Assembly (NCBI GenBank): GCA_051362555.1
Contig: CM120648.1
Location: forward strand, 6,816,587 to 6,880,586
Length of the DNA stretch: 64,000 nt
DNA from: Lingula anatina
Lineage: Eukaryota > Animalia > Brachiopoda
Direction: 5' to 3'
Shown here: positions 12,923-27,100 of the stretch, one piece after another
How the letters are laid out: each line of letters starts with the position of its first letter
How positions within the stretch are numbered: position 1 is the stretch's first letter
The notes under the pieces: model-generated
The model's database searches: none
Told to the model about the DNA's origin: nothing
Seen by the model: the letters and a program-made list of their open reading frames with translations, nothing else
Made by a program: the position numbers and the translations under genes

Positions 12923-14614
12923 ATGCTGCTCAGACTTGGACAGTGTATACACCGCACACTACCAAGCCGGGGAAAGTTTTTTTACCACTCCAACCGTTCT
13001 CATCAAAATTAATTAAATTTGATGCCGGAATCTCTTTGATTTTTCAGAAAATCGGAGCAAACCGGTTTGCAAACATTATTTATAAATTTCTAAGTGAAAA
13101 CGGAAAGTATGAAGTCTATAATCCATGAACAGTTTTTTTTAGGTTAAATGTGATTATACATAAGTAGCAGAGTTGGTTATGTCATATTACACATGTTACT
13201 TGTTAAACTGGTTTAATAAACGAAATTAACGGAAATAGAAACGGTCTTTTTAAGTGCTACATATTTTTGACTTTATCGCAAGCTAATCTAACGAAATTAT
13301 TTTTGGCTGAACATTCAAATTTATTCCAAAGAGCACGTGTTACAAAAACAAAAGCATAAAATCACTTTCATCGATGATGCAGCTTATTGAAAATAGTGTG
13401 TAAACAATTTGCAATTAGAACTGAAACGAAAAACATTACTCAATTCAATTTTGAATTTGAAAGTCTTTTAACATTTATAAACTCTTCAAATACATGTCAC
13501 ATATTCGAAACCATAATTCAGGTGCCATAAAACAATAAAGGAACAAATAAAGTGCAGCGACTTACCACTGGTTTCGAAATACAACAGTCAATAAAACGGA
13601 CAATAAAATACTTAACCCAGTTTTAAGGAAGACAGTTCTGATGCCGCGTTCAAATCGCGCTTTACTGCAAGTGTGTCCTGTCTCTGACCCGGTAGCAGAT
13701 GACTTGAACTGGTGGCGTCGCTGTCCACATGTCTCTGATATGGTGTTATATATATATAAAACGCTCAAAATTGGAGGATGGCTTCCACGTCAGTTGCAGT
13801 CCTGATACATACATGTAATTTGCTGTTATCCAGACTGCAATTCTTCTATGAATAGTCCTAAATTTTATTTTTATTTTATTTTATTTATTTATTTATTTAT
13901 TTTTAATGAGGTCCTGAATGAATGAATAGCTTTGCGATCCCTGACTTGTTCCTATTTTCAATTAAAAATCATATATCGTAAGTCGGGTGTCTAATGTCAT
14001 CATTTTATGTGAGAGTGCGTATCTAATATAACTCGATAGATGGCAATACGATTGTATCTATATTCAGTTTTTCAAAAATAAGGAGAAATAACTAGTAACC
14101 AAAGAGTGTTTCTTTATCCTCGGGAAATAGGTCACTGCACGAAGTACAACAATCTACGTTCCGTTTGTCTATGAATAATGATAAAACAGTCGAGCCAGGT
14201 GCGCTCTCTTTAGAACCGTGTGAACGGGCTTTTCTATATGCGCTTCAGAGCTGATTCTTCCTATGGCTGTGTTCACATCGGTTCTAAATTTGACCTTTTT
14301 TTAATATGACGCTAGTTGAAAGGATTGGTTCTGAAAATGTGTAGCCATAGGTCTTTCACTACATAAAATCATCCAAAAAAATTTTTGAAACGGCTTTTTT
14401 GACACAATCTGTACCGTAGGCGCTCAAAAAAAAAAAAAAAAAAAAAAATACGCGTCTTTGGCATCTCTGCGTATTCAAATCACAAACTGTCCCTAAGTAA
14501 ACACCGATAAGAAAGCAGTCTCTCGATGCGTTCATTTAAATACAGAAGCAGAAATAGGAAGAAGTAATAGTGCTTGAACGCCACAGAGAAGTGGTGAGAT
14601 TGCGACTGGAGAAC

Positions 14615-17600
14615 ATGGAGAAATATTACCCTCTTGCGTTCCTTTTACTTGTCGTCCCCGACTGTTGTAAAGGTAAGTCAAAAGAAATACAAAATTCTAT
14701 ATTTTAATTTATAGCTGTTAAAGGAGTTTATCTAGCTCAAACAAATTCACAGAAGATGTATGGAATGCATAAATCAATCGTCTTAAAGTAGCGGTATTGT
14801 GCTGGATGCTCTACATGTATCTGTTAAGCAAATGACGACAAGTTATGAAAGTTTTTTTAAATTGTTTTTGTTAAAAGACCACTTTTTTAAAAATTATTTT
14901 GTTAAAAAAAAACACTGAAACGGCTTTGGGTGACGTGCGTGGATAAAAAAGTACCAGTTAGATTCAGTGGAAGTCACGTCCCATACCAACACACTTGTGG
15001 ACAAAATGATAAATATTTCTCACTGTGCGCCTCACCCGCGGAAGAAGCGTTTAACTTTTAATGGTTTGATACCGGTATAGTTTGCAATTCAATTTGTTTT
15101 GTAATGTTTTGGTATAGCCTAAAATATGTCATATCGAAATAATCGCTGCTTTTTATCCGAAGACATGCAAGTAGGCCTGCAAAGAGAGTTGACATAAGCA
15201 TTCCAAGCTATTTTCTCTGGAAACATATTGTTTTATCTTGTATTTTGATACATTGAGATAACATATTAAGGTTACAGAAAGGGTTAAACAAAAAATCCTA
15301 AATTACTGTCTTTACGTTAATGTTTTGAATAGTATATAAATCTTCAGTGTTCATGGTTAAATTCCTTTGCAAATTTTATCGATGACGTCATAATTGCAAT
15401 TCTAAAAAGTTGCGAAATCGGTTTTTCAAATTTCAGCTTTACCTGAACACCGACGAACACTGTTTTAACGCTATTTTTAATGATACCATTAAGTACTTTA
15501 AAATCCTGCCAATGATGTTTATTAAAAGGCGTAGTTCACATTTTATAGTTAATAAGGAAAAATAATGACTTTGTTTAATGATACACCAACTGACGGGCTT
15601 ATAACACCATGGCAAAACATTTATACCAAAACAATGTTACCCATCGCATCCTGATTATTATTATTATTATTATTATTATTGTTGTTGTTATTATTATTAT
15701 TATTGTTGTTGTTATTATTATTGTTGTTGTTGTTGTTGTTATTATGTATAGGCCAGGAGGTGTGGCGCTGTCCTGAGAGGCCAAGACAGGACAACTGGAA
15801 CCTCTACACATTTCGTGACAAATGTTACCAATTTGTCAACACTGAAAAATACTGGACGGAAGCCACAGACTACTGCAGAGGAAGAGGCGGCTTGCAGGTA
15901 GAAATATTTGATCAAGCGACGATGAATTTTATTATCCATACACTGAACAATATCGGCTGGAGCAATAATGGCGTTTGGACTGGAGCACACGACAGGAGTC
16001 GGGAAGGCTCCTGGCTATGGACTTCCGGTATGTTGTGGACGGCATTTTGTTTTTCAATCAGATTCTTACTATTCTTTTCTGTCTTTTTCAATATACTGTG
16101 ACGTGTTTAATCTCGGCTTATTTTTACAATACAAAACATGTTCTGGAAGGCATCAATCATATGAATCCATGAACAAAATTAGTGCTAAAGAAAATAAATT
16201 GAGGTAGACCTTTTTCTCATGTTTAACTGATATAAACGAATTGCGCAAAAATCCAGCCAAATAGAAGCACCAGAGTAGAGAATTTGTTTCACCACTCCAG
16301 GGGCCGATTTGTCCCGGTACTCATACTGGGAGCCGGGAGAGCCAAGCGGTGGAGGCTGGTTTGACGACCCTGACTGCGCTGTCATGATGCGAGACAGCGG
16401 CTGGAGATGGGATGATGTTCCCTGTCAAAGTCTGAGTTGGCATTACAGGTTTATCTGCATGTACGGTACGTTCAAAATTAACCTTTATTGGTGTTTGTGT
16501 TGATTTTTTCCCCTTTTTTTCAGCAATAACCCTTTGCTATTGAGTGCATTCGATATACTTTTGCAAAAGTTATAGGTTGAATGCTCTGGCTTTTGTAGTG
16601 TAATTTACAGGCATATTTTTTTAAAATATAGCGAAACTTATTGTGTTAATTGCCAATCACATGTTTTCAATTGACGTATAAAATCTACATTAACATTTTT
16701 ACAATTTAAGAGAATAAGCTTTGCTATTGGTTTCTCTTATTGGCTTAGGTCTATTGCCAACTACCACTACAACTACTACAACAACTACTACAACTACAAC
16801 ACCTACTACAACTACTACTACCACTCCAACAACTACAACTACAACACCTACTACAACTACTACTACCACTCCAACAACTACAACTACAACACCTACTACA
16901 ACTACTACTACTCCAACAACTACAACTACAACACCTACTACAACCACTATTACCACTCCAACAACTACAACTACAACACCTACTACAACTACTACTACCA
17001 CTCCAACAACTACAACTACAACACCTACTACAACTACTACTACTCCAACAACTACAACTACAACACCTACTACAACCACTATTACCACTCCAACAACTAC
17101 AACTACAACACCTACTACAACTACAACTACTCCAACAACTACAACTACAACACCTACTACAACCACTACTACTACTACTCCAACAACTACAACACCTACT
17201 ACAACCCCTACTACTACTACTCCAACAACTACAACTACAGCACCTACTACAACCACTACTACTACTCCAACAACTTCAACTACAACACCTACTACAACCA
17301 CTATTACCACTCCAACAACTTCAACTACAACACCTACTACAACCACTACTACCACTCCAACAACTACAACTACAACACCTACTACAACTACTACTACCAC
17401 TCCAACAACTTCAACTACAACACCTACTACAACCACTACTACCACTCCAACAACTACAACTACAACACCTACTACAACTACTACTACTCCAACAACTACA
17501 ACACCTACTACAACTACAACTACAACAGTGGCCGCCATTTCTACAACCTCGGTTGCTCCGACAACCGCTTCCAACTCCACCACTTGCAGAGCATCTTCAC

Positions 17601-17969
17601 GCACTCCAACTACCCCAACCACTGCTACTTCAACAACAACCGCAGCCAACACCACTATCGTCACTACCACGACTCCGGTTGAAATGACATCCATGAAACC
17701 ATCTACCACCCCAAAACCACCAAGTTCAACCAAAGATAAGCCGTCAACAAAACCAAGTCAAGATGAATCCACGACTAAACCAGGTGACGGCAAAACGGGT
17801 ATTTAAAAATTTGAACATTGATTTTAGGTTAAATCTTTCACATTGCGTGCAACAATCTATTGCATCATTTATTTTTTTTTTAAACAGTTTAAGATATATT
17901 CGTTATATTTATGTGATTATATTATTAGAATTTTGATACTTATAAAACTGCAAATAACAATAACTGTAT

Positions 17970-18016
<47 letters not shown>

Positions 18017-19642
18017 TTTTCTCTTGGTAAATTTCCTCCTATTTGTAAATTCAATTTGAAAATTTAATCAGGCACTGGCGGTAAAACAGAAGCACAGAAA
18101 GCTGAACAAACAGACAAAACAGGTGGGAAACTTTTTTTATTGCATTTGTAAGTGGTTTGTCCAATCTGGAGATAAATTTCTTTAAATACTTTTAACCAAT
18201 TACCAGGTTAATTTTTAACTAGTATTACGACCTGTGTGTAACTAAAGCAGGAGAGAGAGAGGGGGGTTACCAACCACAGGAGCACGGAAGATAAAATCAG
18301 AGATCACAGATCAAGCAAAATAAATGGATTTGCAAGCAAAATAGAATGTCATAATCATTAATTCACGTAGAACAGGAAATAGATTTGGCTGGTCACGGAC
18401 CAAGGATTTATCCTATTCCCACCCTCTGTCTTGTACTATGCTGTATGTTGTACTAACCTCTTTATTACAATTTGCTTCATTTTGGGATTTGAGATAGAAA
18501 ATTCCCCATTCGAAACTAAATCACAATGAGATATTTCTAATTCATCATTTTTGAATTGAAATATTACAGAAAATATTTAGTTTATATATATATTTTTAAT
18601 GTATTATTTTTTATTTCAAATATTACCGGAAAATCTTTGTTGGTGTCTGTTATCTTCATGTTGCATGAAAAACGGCAAATTAATATCATGTTCCGTTTTA
18701 ACACACGAATTACATTTGGAGCAAGTAGATTACATCTATTCCTGTATTTACCCTTCCACATCATAACTCTTCATTCTCTTCATTTTTTTTAATGAAAAGA
18801 GTAAAAAAAATTAGGTGTGTTCAAAAATCATTATAACGTTTTTTTCACAAGTGTTATTAATTAACATGTAATTAACATGCTTATGACAACTTGGCGGGCA
18901 TAAGTCGCCGTATAACATATGTGATGTAATAATAAGGAAACTCATCATTTCTTTCCCCAGCCGTGTATGCCAGTGTTGGTGTTATAGGAGGGGTGGTGCT
19001 GATAGTGGTGGTGGTGGTGATCAGTGTCTTTGTCATACGAACAAAAGCTTGGACGAGGTAAGACCTTTGAAATATCGGGTTCCACATGTATACAAAATAA
19101 GCGGAAAGTGAGTTAATTGTTGTTATTTTTACCAGTACTTGTACGGACAAGTATTCCTATTCAACCTTAGATATTGACAAAATGGGAATATTGTTTTCAA
19201 ATATATTCACAATTTAAAAAAATAAACTTATTGGTTGCCAAAAAATGTCCAGTATTGTGAAGATATATGTTTCCTTGCGTTTCTTGTTTTTTTTTCTTCT
19301 TGTTTGACCTTTTTTATCAAACCGTACAGTTTAACACAAGTTCATCTTCTACTCGAACTACATGTATGTCAAAGGCCAATTTTCAATGGTGGTTAAACAT
19401 TTGAAAATCGCTTGATTATCGCTTTTTTTAAAAAATAAATAATGGACAGTTTCTCCTGGTATAGATTACGTCACACGTTTTACTCCGCGGAGACCATAAG
19501 CTATGACAACGCTGCTTATACAGAACTGGGGCCAAACACCCAGAGTAGCGCGGATCTGTACAACCCCCTGTACGCATCCATTGCCAAGGACCGTGCTACC
19601 ATCCCCATCAAACCATACAGCGTAGGAGAATCTATGTCGTAA
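14615..19642 (+). CDS. C-type lectin-mucin type-I membrane receptor 2, ~624 aa (exons 14615-14672, 15752-16027, 16301-16465, 16749-17798, 18072-18122, 18961-19057, 19465-19642)
   Basis: Signal peptide MEKYYPLAFLLLVVPDCCKG. CTLD (VWTG, EPS, WDD), ~350-aa PTTTTTT stalk, TM VYASVGVIGGVVLIVVVVVISVFVI, tail with YDNAAYTEL and YNPLYASI. The stalk-exon donor could alternatively be 17783 (same phase). Confidence 0.9.
16757..17527 (+). repeat. Coding tandem repeat encoding (P-T5-7)n mucin stalk
   Basis: Repeated CCAACAACTACAACTACAACACCTACTACAAC(T/C)ACTACT(ACC)ACT units of ~42-45 bp. Confidence 0.95.
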
Positions 19643-21317
19643 TAGAGACGGCTATAATCCGTGACGTCAGCATAACCACAGAAACCAATGACGTATTGGA
19701 ACACACGAATCACTGATGTCATGATCGACACGTGACTTTTTTGTTTCAGAATCATTTATTTGTATTGTTATTGCAAGTTATTGAAACATTACAAATTCAC
19801 CATATGCTAGTAAGCACATTTTACTCGACTGTATGATGTTCTGTGATACAATTTACTCTCGATATATCATAGTTTGTTGAATTCTAACTGGCGTAATATT
19901 TTCAATTGCGTAAATGTGAAATTAAATACCTACATGTTTTTTTTTTTAATGAAAAGAATAACAAATCGATGGCCTAAATGGCCATTTTTGTAAAAATGCT
20001 GTAAAATATTATCGAAGGTACAAAAAAATTGTTCCTCTGAAAACAAGACTGAACTCGTAGTAAAATGCTCATATGGCCACAGCAGTTATTATATTAGTGT
20101 AAGTTCTCCTCTCACACTTGTAGTTATACTAGTACTTCCATTTGCATAAGGATTTAGTAAACTGAAAATATTAATACAACTATTTTTTGAAAAGATTAAT
20201 ATGATGGCCACAATAGCATCTCCACAACCACTATGGGCCCGTACATATACGTATACAGAGGGACATTCAATACTAAGCTGAAGAACCCATACATACACAG
20301 TTAACTATATTATGTCTATAGTCTATGGTATATAATGATGGTTTTTATATTATTGACCCGTGTGCGGACAGCTTGCCAGCTATTTATTACTCTTGTTAAC
20401 AACTTCCACTTCCAGGCAGGGCGTCAAATATGTGACAACTTGTTTTATGTCCCTCTTACTCTTGACCTCATGAAGTATATGGGCGCTTGAGAGGTTTACT
20501 TCAAAGACTGGGACTTGTTAAAGACCAACGTATCTTATCAACTATCTTAAAACGGGCTATACCTTGTAGATTGTTTGTTGAAAATTTACAGCATAAGATC
20601 CTTAATATGAACGGGCGGCACGCATAGGTGAACGCTCAATTAATACTACAGTACGTGTATGTGACATTGTTGGTGTAGAAACATGGCTCAAGTGGTGGTG
20701 CTTGGACTTCAATAAAATTTTCTGCTGTTTTATGTTTTATGTTATTTTCATTTTCGGTGCATTGTTCCCAAAAGAGTTGGACTGTTATTACCCCAATAAA
20801 ATATTTCTTTTTGATATCATTGTTTTAATGTTTTACATGTATCAAGTAAACAGGGGGCAATTGTAAAATCAGGAAACAAAGGAGCGAAACTTAACATTCA
20901 ATCACATCAGCATGCTCGCGAAAAAGATTATGAGGATTTAGTTTGGAACAACTCCCTCGTATCTTCGAAAATTGCTCTGACATTTCTGTTCTTTCTAAAT
21001 ACCGTGTTTGTGGACAATGCTTTAAATGATTAGGTTGTCCCCGATCCTTAAGGATGACTGGTTTCCACCCACTTAAACTGCGCAGTAATCATCTCCAACA
21101 ATATCATACCCAAAGTCCCGCACACTCTGCAACTTTACGCTGGGCCACATGTACCAGATATGCAAACACTGAGCAATGAACTCTCAGTGTGCGCTGTCTT
21201 TAAAGTCCAGTGCACGCTATGAGTGTTTACCACACTGCGACTCCAAAGGCAAGGCTATCAACCACGTTAACGGGGACAACGGGTGGAAACACTTGCCCCA
21301 GGGGTAACTGAACTCCT

Positions 21318-21606
21318 GGGCTGTGTTCAGATAACAAGATATCGGTCCAGCAGGATCGATCTATCTCAGTGGGGATTTTCGTTATAAGGCGCAGTTATTT
21401 TAAACAGCTTAATTGTCTGACACACCCCCACCTAACGTAAAGTACTTCACTCGAGTGAAAGAGCTTCCGAAAGCCAAGTGCGCACGATAGTTAATTATCC
21501 CCTTGTCTCAGACAATTAAGCAGATTACACTGGCTGCACTTAAGCGAGCATCACCGCATAGGTGGATCGATCCAGCTAGTACGACGGGTTTATCTGAACG
21601 CTCCCC
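21318..21606. mobile_element. Diverged copy of the GATCGATC-containing MITE family
   Basis: Imperfect terminal inverted repeats ggg..gttcagataa / ttatctgaacgctcccc; subterminal ggatcgatc; internal ttaattatcccc core similar to the copies at 29673, 32208 and 45178. Confidence 0.55.
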
Positions 21607-21783
21607 TAGAGTGCAGTGGGACGTATAATAGCAATACATGTATGGGGGTTACTTGACAGTGTGCAACCTTTAACATAGCGAATGAGTTTAATATAGGTTG
21701 TCATGTCGCATTCTTATCAAGAAACACGGTTGTTAAAGTATTGTTAACAATGATCAGCGAAGTGAAGACATCTGGACCTTTAG

Positions 21784-21968
21784 CAGGCCCGTAGCCGGGG
21801 GGGGGGGGGGGGGGGGGGGAGTTCTAGGGGTTCGAAATAACGTCCCCTTTTCTGGGGAAAAGGGTCCACTCTGGGTAAAATTTGATCTTGGTACATGAAG
21901 GTTTTATGGGAAAAGGTCCACTTTTTCAGAAAAAGACCCCCCCTTTGGGATTGCTGCCTACGGGCCTG
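21784..21968. mobile_element. Non-autonomous DNA transposon (CAGG-terminal MITE)
   Basis: TIR CAGGCCCGTAG / CTACGGGCCTG; 5-bp direct repeat TTTAG on both flanks; internal poly-G. Confidence 0.8.
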
Positions 21969-23287
21969 TTTAGTACACAGTTGCACCTTTTATTGCAGCT
22001 AAATTTGATGTGTAGGTGGATGTACTGTATATTGATACGCATTCGAACTCCTGCCTGACTCAGCCCTTAAATACCATACCAGTAACTTCAGTTAAATATT
22101 GCTGACAATAATGATATCTGAGAGGATACAGTTTCAATGGGGGTGTTAATGACACTGTCGCATTCTGCTCCTGTAGGAGGGTGACAGTGTAGCACAAAAG
22201 TATAGGCTTGTGACTAATGAAAATGTTGGGCGAAGAGTCACTGGGATACCGTACAAGGCCATGACATACTGGAGTACTGGGTTGATATTCTCCTTCAACA
22301 TTATACATGTAAATCTGAGTTTTTTTTTTTTTTGTCATTTTTTCAGATCGAATTGTCTTCTTTTTGTTGTTATTTGTTTTCTATCAGAAGTTTATTTTTT
22401 CTTGTTTTGTTTTAAATGAATTCTGTACCATCGCAAAACCACCTGAAACTTTCTGTATAATGCATAATTCCCCGTTTATTAACTTGTTGGTGAACACAAG
22501 CGTTTAGATTAAAATCTCGCAAGTATGAAAACAAGGGCTATAATAAACTGGTTTTAAAAGCTGTATGCTAAAAGATACTTAAAGCTACGTATGACTTTTG
22601 TCATTAAATGTCATACTAAAATGCTATTTAGCAAAACGTTTGACAAAGCCGGTCGCATTTTACAACTACATTAAAAACTGACCTTAAAATTCGCGGGAAA
22701 ATTTTGTGTACAGATAACATGAAATACAATAAAATACTCAAAATCATTAAATGTAAACAAATATGAAAGTGACTTTTTATTGTTTTATTTTCTTACTTTT
22801 GACATCAAGGTGGCTGGAAAATTAATACAGGTAGTTAAATAATTCAATTAACCATGCACCTGTGATAATTTAAATGTGACCCATTTACCTTAAAAGTCAC
22901 TTCCACCTTTCGCTCCCCTGCAAATGCTCCAGAGATCAAAACACCTTTCCACCTTTGTAATAAAAACATCAGCAAAATGGACGCGACAAAGGGCTGCAAT
23001 CTGACATACAATACTCTGACAAAGGCCCTTGACGTGGGCGAAAAATTGAAAGGGTCTACACATATAACACAAAGAAAAGAAAACGCATGACTCACATACG
23101 TAAAGCTCATTAGCATTACAATTTCAATGGAGGTAAAAGTTTTTGCTTCTGATGTATTTCCACAGTCAGTTCCCCAGTTTATCAGAGGACGCAGTAAAAA
23201 CGGGGATTCGGCGTGCTGTAGTGTCAGAAGCAAGCGTCCTTTCGTGTTTTAAAGAAGAAATTTGTTGGAAAACCTTATGATCTTTTG

Positions 23288-23479
23288 ATGATGTCGCACA
23301 GCCGAGGACCAAACTTTTTAACACTCGCAAGAGGAATGTTGTTGTGCTTTCTTCTGCGTGGAACAAAGGTTGAAGGTAGGTGCATTAATTGTTTTTGTGT
23401 GGCTTCGTTTTTCAATAATATTTCTGCAGTTATCCCTTATACACGTGTCTATTTTAATAGTAATTAAAATTACTATTTC

Positions 23480-23560
<81 letters not shown>

Positions 23561-24159
23561 CGTGTGTGTGTGTGTACTGTGGTATACTGTGCATTCGTAT
23601 TTGTGTTTATGTAGGCCCACACAACGGACACCGCAACATACGGGTAAAGGGCATATACATAGTAAGTGTGTAGGGCCTACCACATACACTTAATTGCACG
23701 TGTTTGCATTTCACTGAAAACTAACTCAACATATACAAGAATATCATAATTCAAATTCACATCTGTTACATGTGCACTATATCAACATATATATGTCAAC
23801 ATATATTATATATATATATATATTCCTTCTTTCTTCAGCTACATACGACACATCGCGCTGTCCATCTCGCATACGCTTCGAACACGACGTCTTCAACTTC
23901 GGGGAGCGCTGCTACCAGTTTGTGAACAGCGAGAAGTACTGGTCGGACGCGCAGGCCTGGTGTCAACAGCGCGGGGGCAGACACGTGGAGATCCACGACC
24001 AGGCAACGATGAACTTTATCTCGGAGGTGTTGTCCACGGTGCTGTCATCGTCCTGGAGGAATAACGGCATTTGGATAGGGCTGAGAAGGAGCGGGAGTGC
24101 ATGGGCGTGGTCGTCAGGTAGCAATTTACGGTCCGTCCACATACATGCGCGCGCGCGTT

Positions 24160-24194
<35 letters not shown>

Positions 24195-27100
24195 ACAGAG
24201 AGACACACAAACACGCGCGCGTACTCTCTGACCACTGGGTGTGCTAGCAGTCTGTCACAAAATTAATGCATCGCGCATACTTTAATTTTGTATCATATTT
24301 TAGAAGCCCCTGATACCCTTGCTTAATGGTTTATCTCAACAGTACTGTCAGTTGCAGACTACATTGAAATATGAAATACATGAATCAACATTCCCTAAAT
24401 GCCTACACAAAAGAGATGAATATATAAAAGTGGGTGACATTTTGCTAAGCATTCATAGCATATGCACTACTTTTCAAGAAGAAGAAAGGCGTTCCCTGTG
24501 ACGCGATCTAGCGCATCTAAACGCCTGTCCAGACATCAAGTTGCACTCGTATCCCGCTGGTGTGCCTTTACAGCCAATATGTCTCACCTGCAGTATTATT
24601 ATTATCAAAATAATAACCATGGGTGCCTACAGTTCGTTTAATGTTGTTTTCAGATGACGTGCTATCATGAATGAATATTACATGTCTTTACTCTAGAAAC
24701 CCACCCCTTTTCGTCTGTCTGTCTGTCTGTCCGCACACATGTACATCCATTCTGCTAGCCCCGAAGCCAGACAGAAAGACAGACAGACAGATAAACAGAC
24801 AGACAGACAGCTATCCACTCAATCACTGGATATCCCCCCAACTCTCTCTCGCTCTCTCTCTCTGTCTCGGATGTTATCTTTGCTTACTTTTCCACGTGTT
24901 CAGGTATTTATAGTGTCACCTTAAGCTACGTGCCACAATTTTCAATAGAAATAAAAATTCATATTAAATATAGCATTTACCCATGTATATATATTCTGTA
25001 TCCATGTTCCAGGGCACGCTTTGGTCTACACAAACTGGAACTCCGGACAGCCGTCAAGTAACCAGAACCATCCGTGCTCCATCCTGAGGAGAGAACACGG
25101 CTGGAAGTGGGTGGACAGCCACTGTACCCATCTTTTCTACCAGTACAAATTTATATGCATGTACGGTATGTATAATGTTTTATACATGAAACTTTTTAAA
25201 CATGGTGCGGTATACACTGTACATATTGGGGGTCATAGTCACCAGAAGTAAATGATTTTTTACATGTACATTGATTGTAACATTACGTGCGTATTAATAT
25301 TTATGTAAAGTTATATCAAAATTGGTATTGTACTCTGATTAGTGTTGTTACAAGACGTGGCCGATGACAAAATGCTATTATTATATTTCAGACATGATTC
25401 CGACTACTACCACCTCAACAACAACTACAACCACTACCCCGACAACGACAACAACTACACCGACAACAACAACAACAACTACACCGACAACGACAACCAC
25501 TACCCCGACAACGACAACAACTACACCGACAACAACAACAACTACACCGACAACGACAACCACTACCCCGACAACGACAACAACTACACCGACAACAACA
25601 ACAACTACACCGACAACAACAACATCAGTAGCACCTACAACGACAACCGCCACAACACCAACTACATCCACCATACCAGGAACAATAACCAACGAAAACA
25701 CGACCGTCTCTTCAACCAGTGGCCCTACCCCCACTACTATTACTACAAAGCTTGGTATGTCTTCTACGCCATCTACAACGAAATCTGAAGAAAAGTTCCC
25801 AACATCAACAACTGTGAAATCTGATAAGCCAGGTAAGAGTGTTGATAAGGGTGTGTGTGTGGGGGGGGGGGGGGTATAATCTTGCGCTTGTTATACAGTA
25901 TACGCATAAGGTAGATAGGTAGGTAGAAAAAAAAATATTGTCAAAATAAGTCGGTTATTATGTGCCAATTGGGGAATCTGTGACGTCACAGCTGGCTTAT
26001 GAAGATGATGTTTTAAACATTTTAAAGTAAGAAAAAACTTTGGAATATGACAAAGATGAAAAGATGTTTCTCGCGTTTCACTAGAATACCCAAAGAAGAA
26101 GACATCATAATCCAGAAAGTATTTTGTTCACTTCTTTCAGGGGGCGCAAATGCAGCAGCCGTTCAACAACAGGAGCAGAATAACGAAGGTATGTTTGGTG
26201 GGACAAATTCAGGAGAACGTAGTGATCAGTGCGATAACCAATACATTAATTTCAAGATATTTATTAATGGTCTTATTTATGTCAAAATTATGGGAAAACG
26301 ATCCAACTGGTCAACGGGCCAGGGCCAATTAGTTTCTGTGGACCTTCATATTGATGATAGAAATACATGTGCATGATATTTTGTTTACTGATGTATGTTT
26401 ACTGGTAACTGATGTATGTTTACTGGTACATGTAAAGGCACTTAAATTAAACACAGCATTTAAATATATGCACCACAAAACAAATTTTTAAAAACTGTAG
26501 TTGAAAACTCTAAAAAGTAACAGCCGTTCCTATGGAGGAGAGGCTAACAAAATTTTGAAATAGAACCAAAAACAGACAGATTATTATTATTATTATTATT
26601 ATTATTATTTCAGGTTTGACAATTGGGCTGACGGCAACCGCCGCTGTTCTGATTATACTGGTTGTACTGGTCATAGTCTTCGTGCTCTTCAGACGGAGAT
26701 TAAACTCGTAAGTTAGATCAGAGATAGAGTTCGTGGGGAGAAATAGTCAAATAAAGTTCTAGTTTATAATTTGATTAACCCAAAGAAGACGAGAAATAAT
26801 TAATTTGAGTTTGACAAGTTTTAAGATAGTGTGGCACAATTTCTAGTTTACATATCGGAACATTCAATGCTGAACTCACCCAGACAAAATATTTCAATTC
26901 TGAAAAGTTTTTTTAAAATTAAAAACAACATGCAACTTGTCATTGATTTAGGCCTATATACATGTATTTAATGTTATGTCAAGCCATTAATTTATTTTCA
27001 GCACAGTCTGACACATTTATCTCCATCTCTATACGACTTAAGTGATAAACTTCAACTTCAACTGAACAGCATTTATCGAGCATCTCAATTTTCTTTTATT

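Noticed and set aside
15679-15751. Poly-Leu apparent signal peptide at the start of ORF 15679-16101
   Set aside because: Intronic (TTA/TTG)n microsatellite; the real signal exon is 14615-14672.
16699-17733. 344-aa poly-Val/Gly ORF on the - strand (similar ORFs at 25381-25734 and 37759-38181)
   Set aside because: Antisense shadow of Thr/Pro mucin exons whose + strand splice sites and phase fit the receptor genes.
25342-25788. Asn/Asp/Tyr-rich ORF (DNNNNYT repeats) resembling a biomineral protein
   Set aside because: Alternative frame of the receptor 3 stalk exon; splice phase supports the Thr frame and there is no signal peptide.
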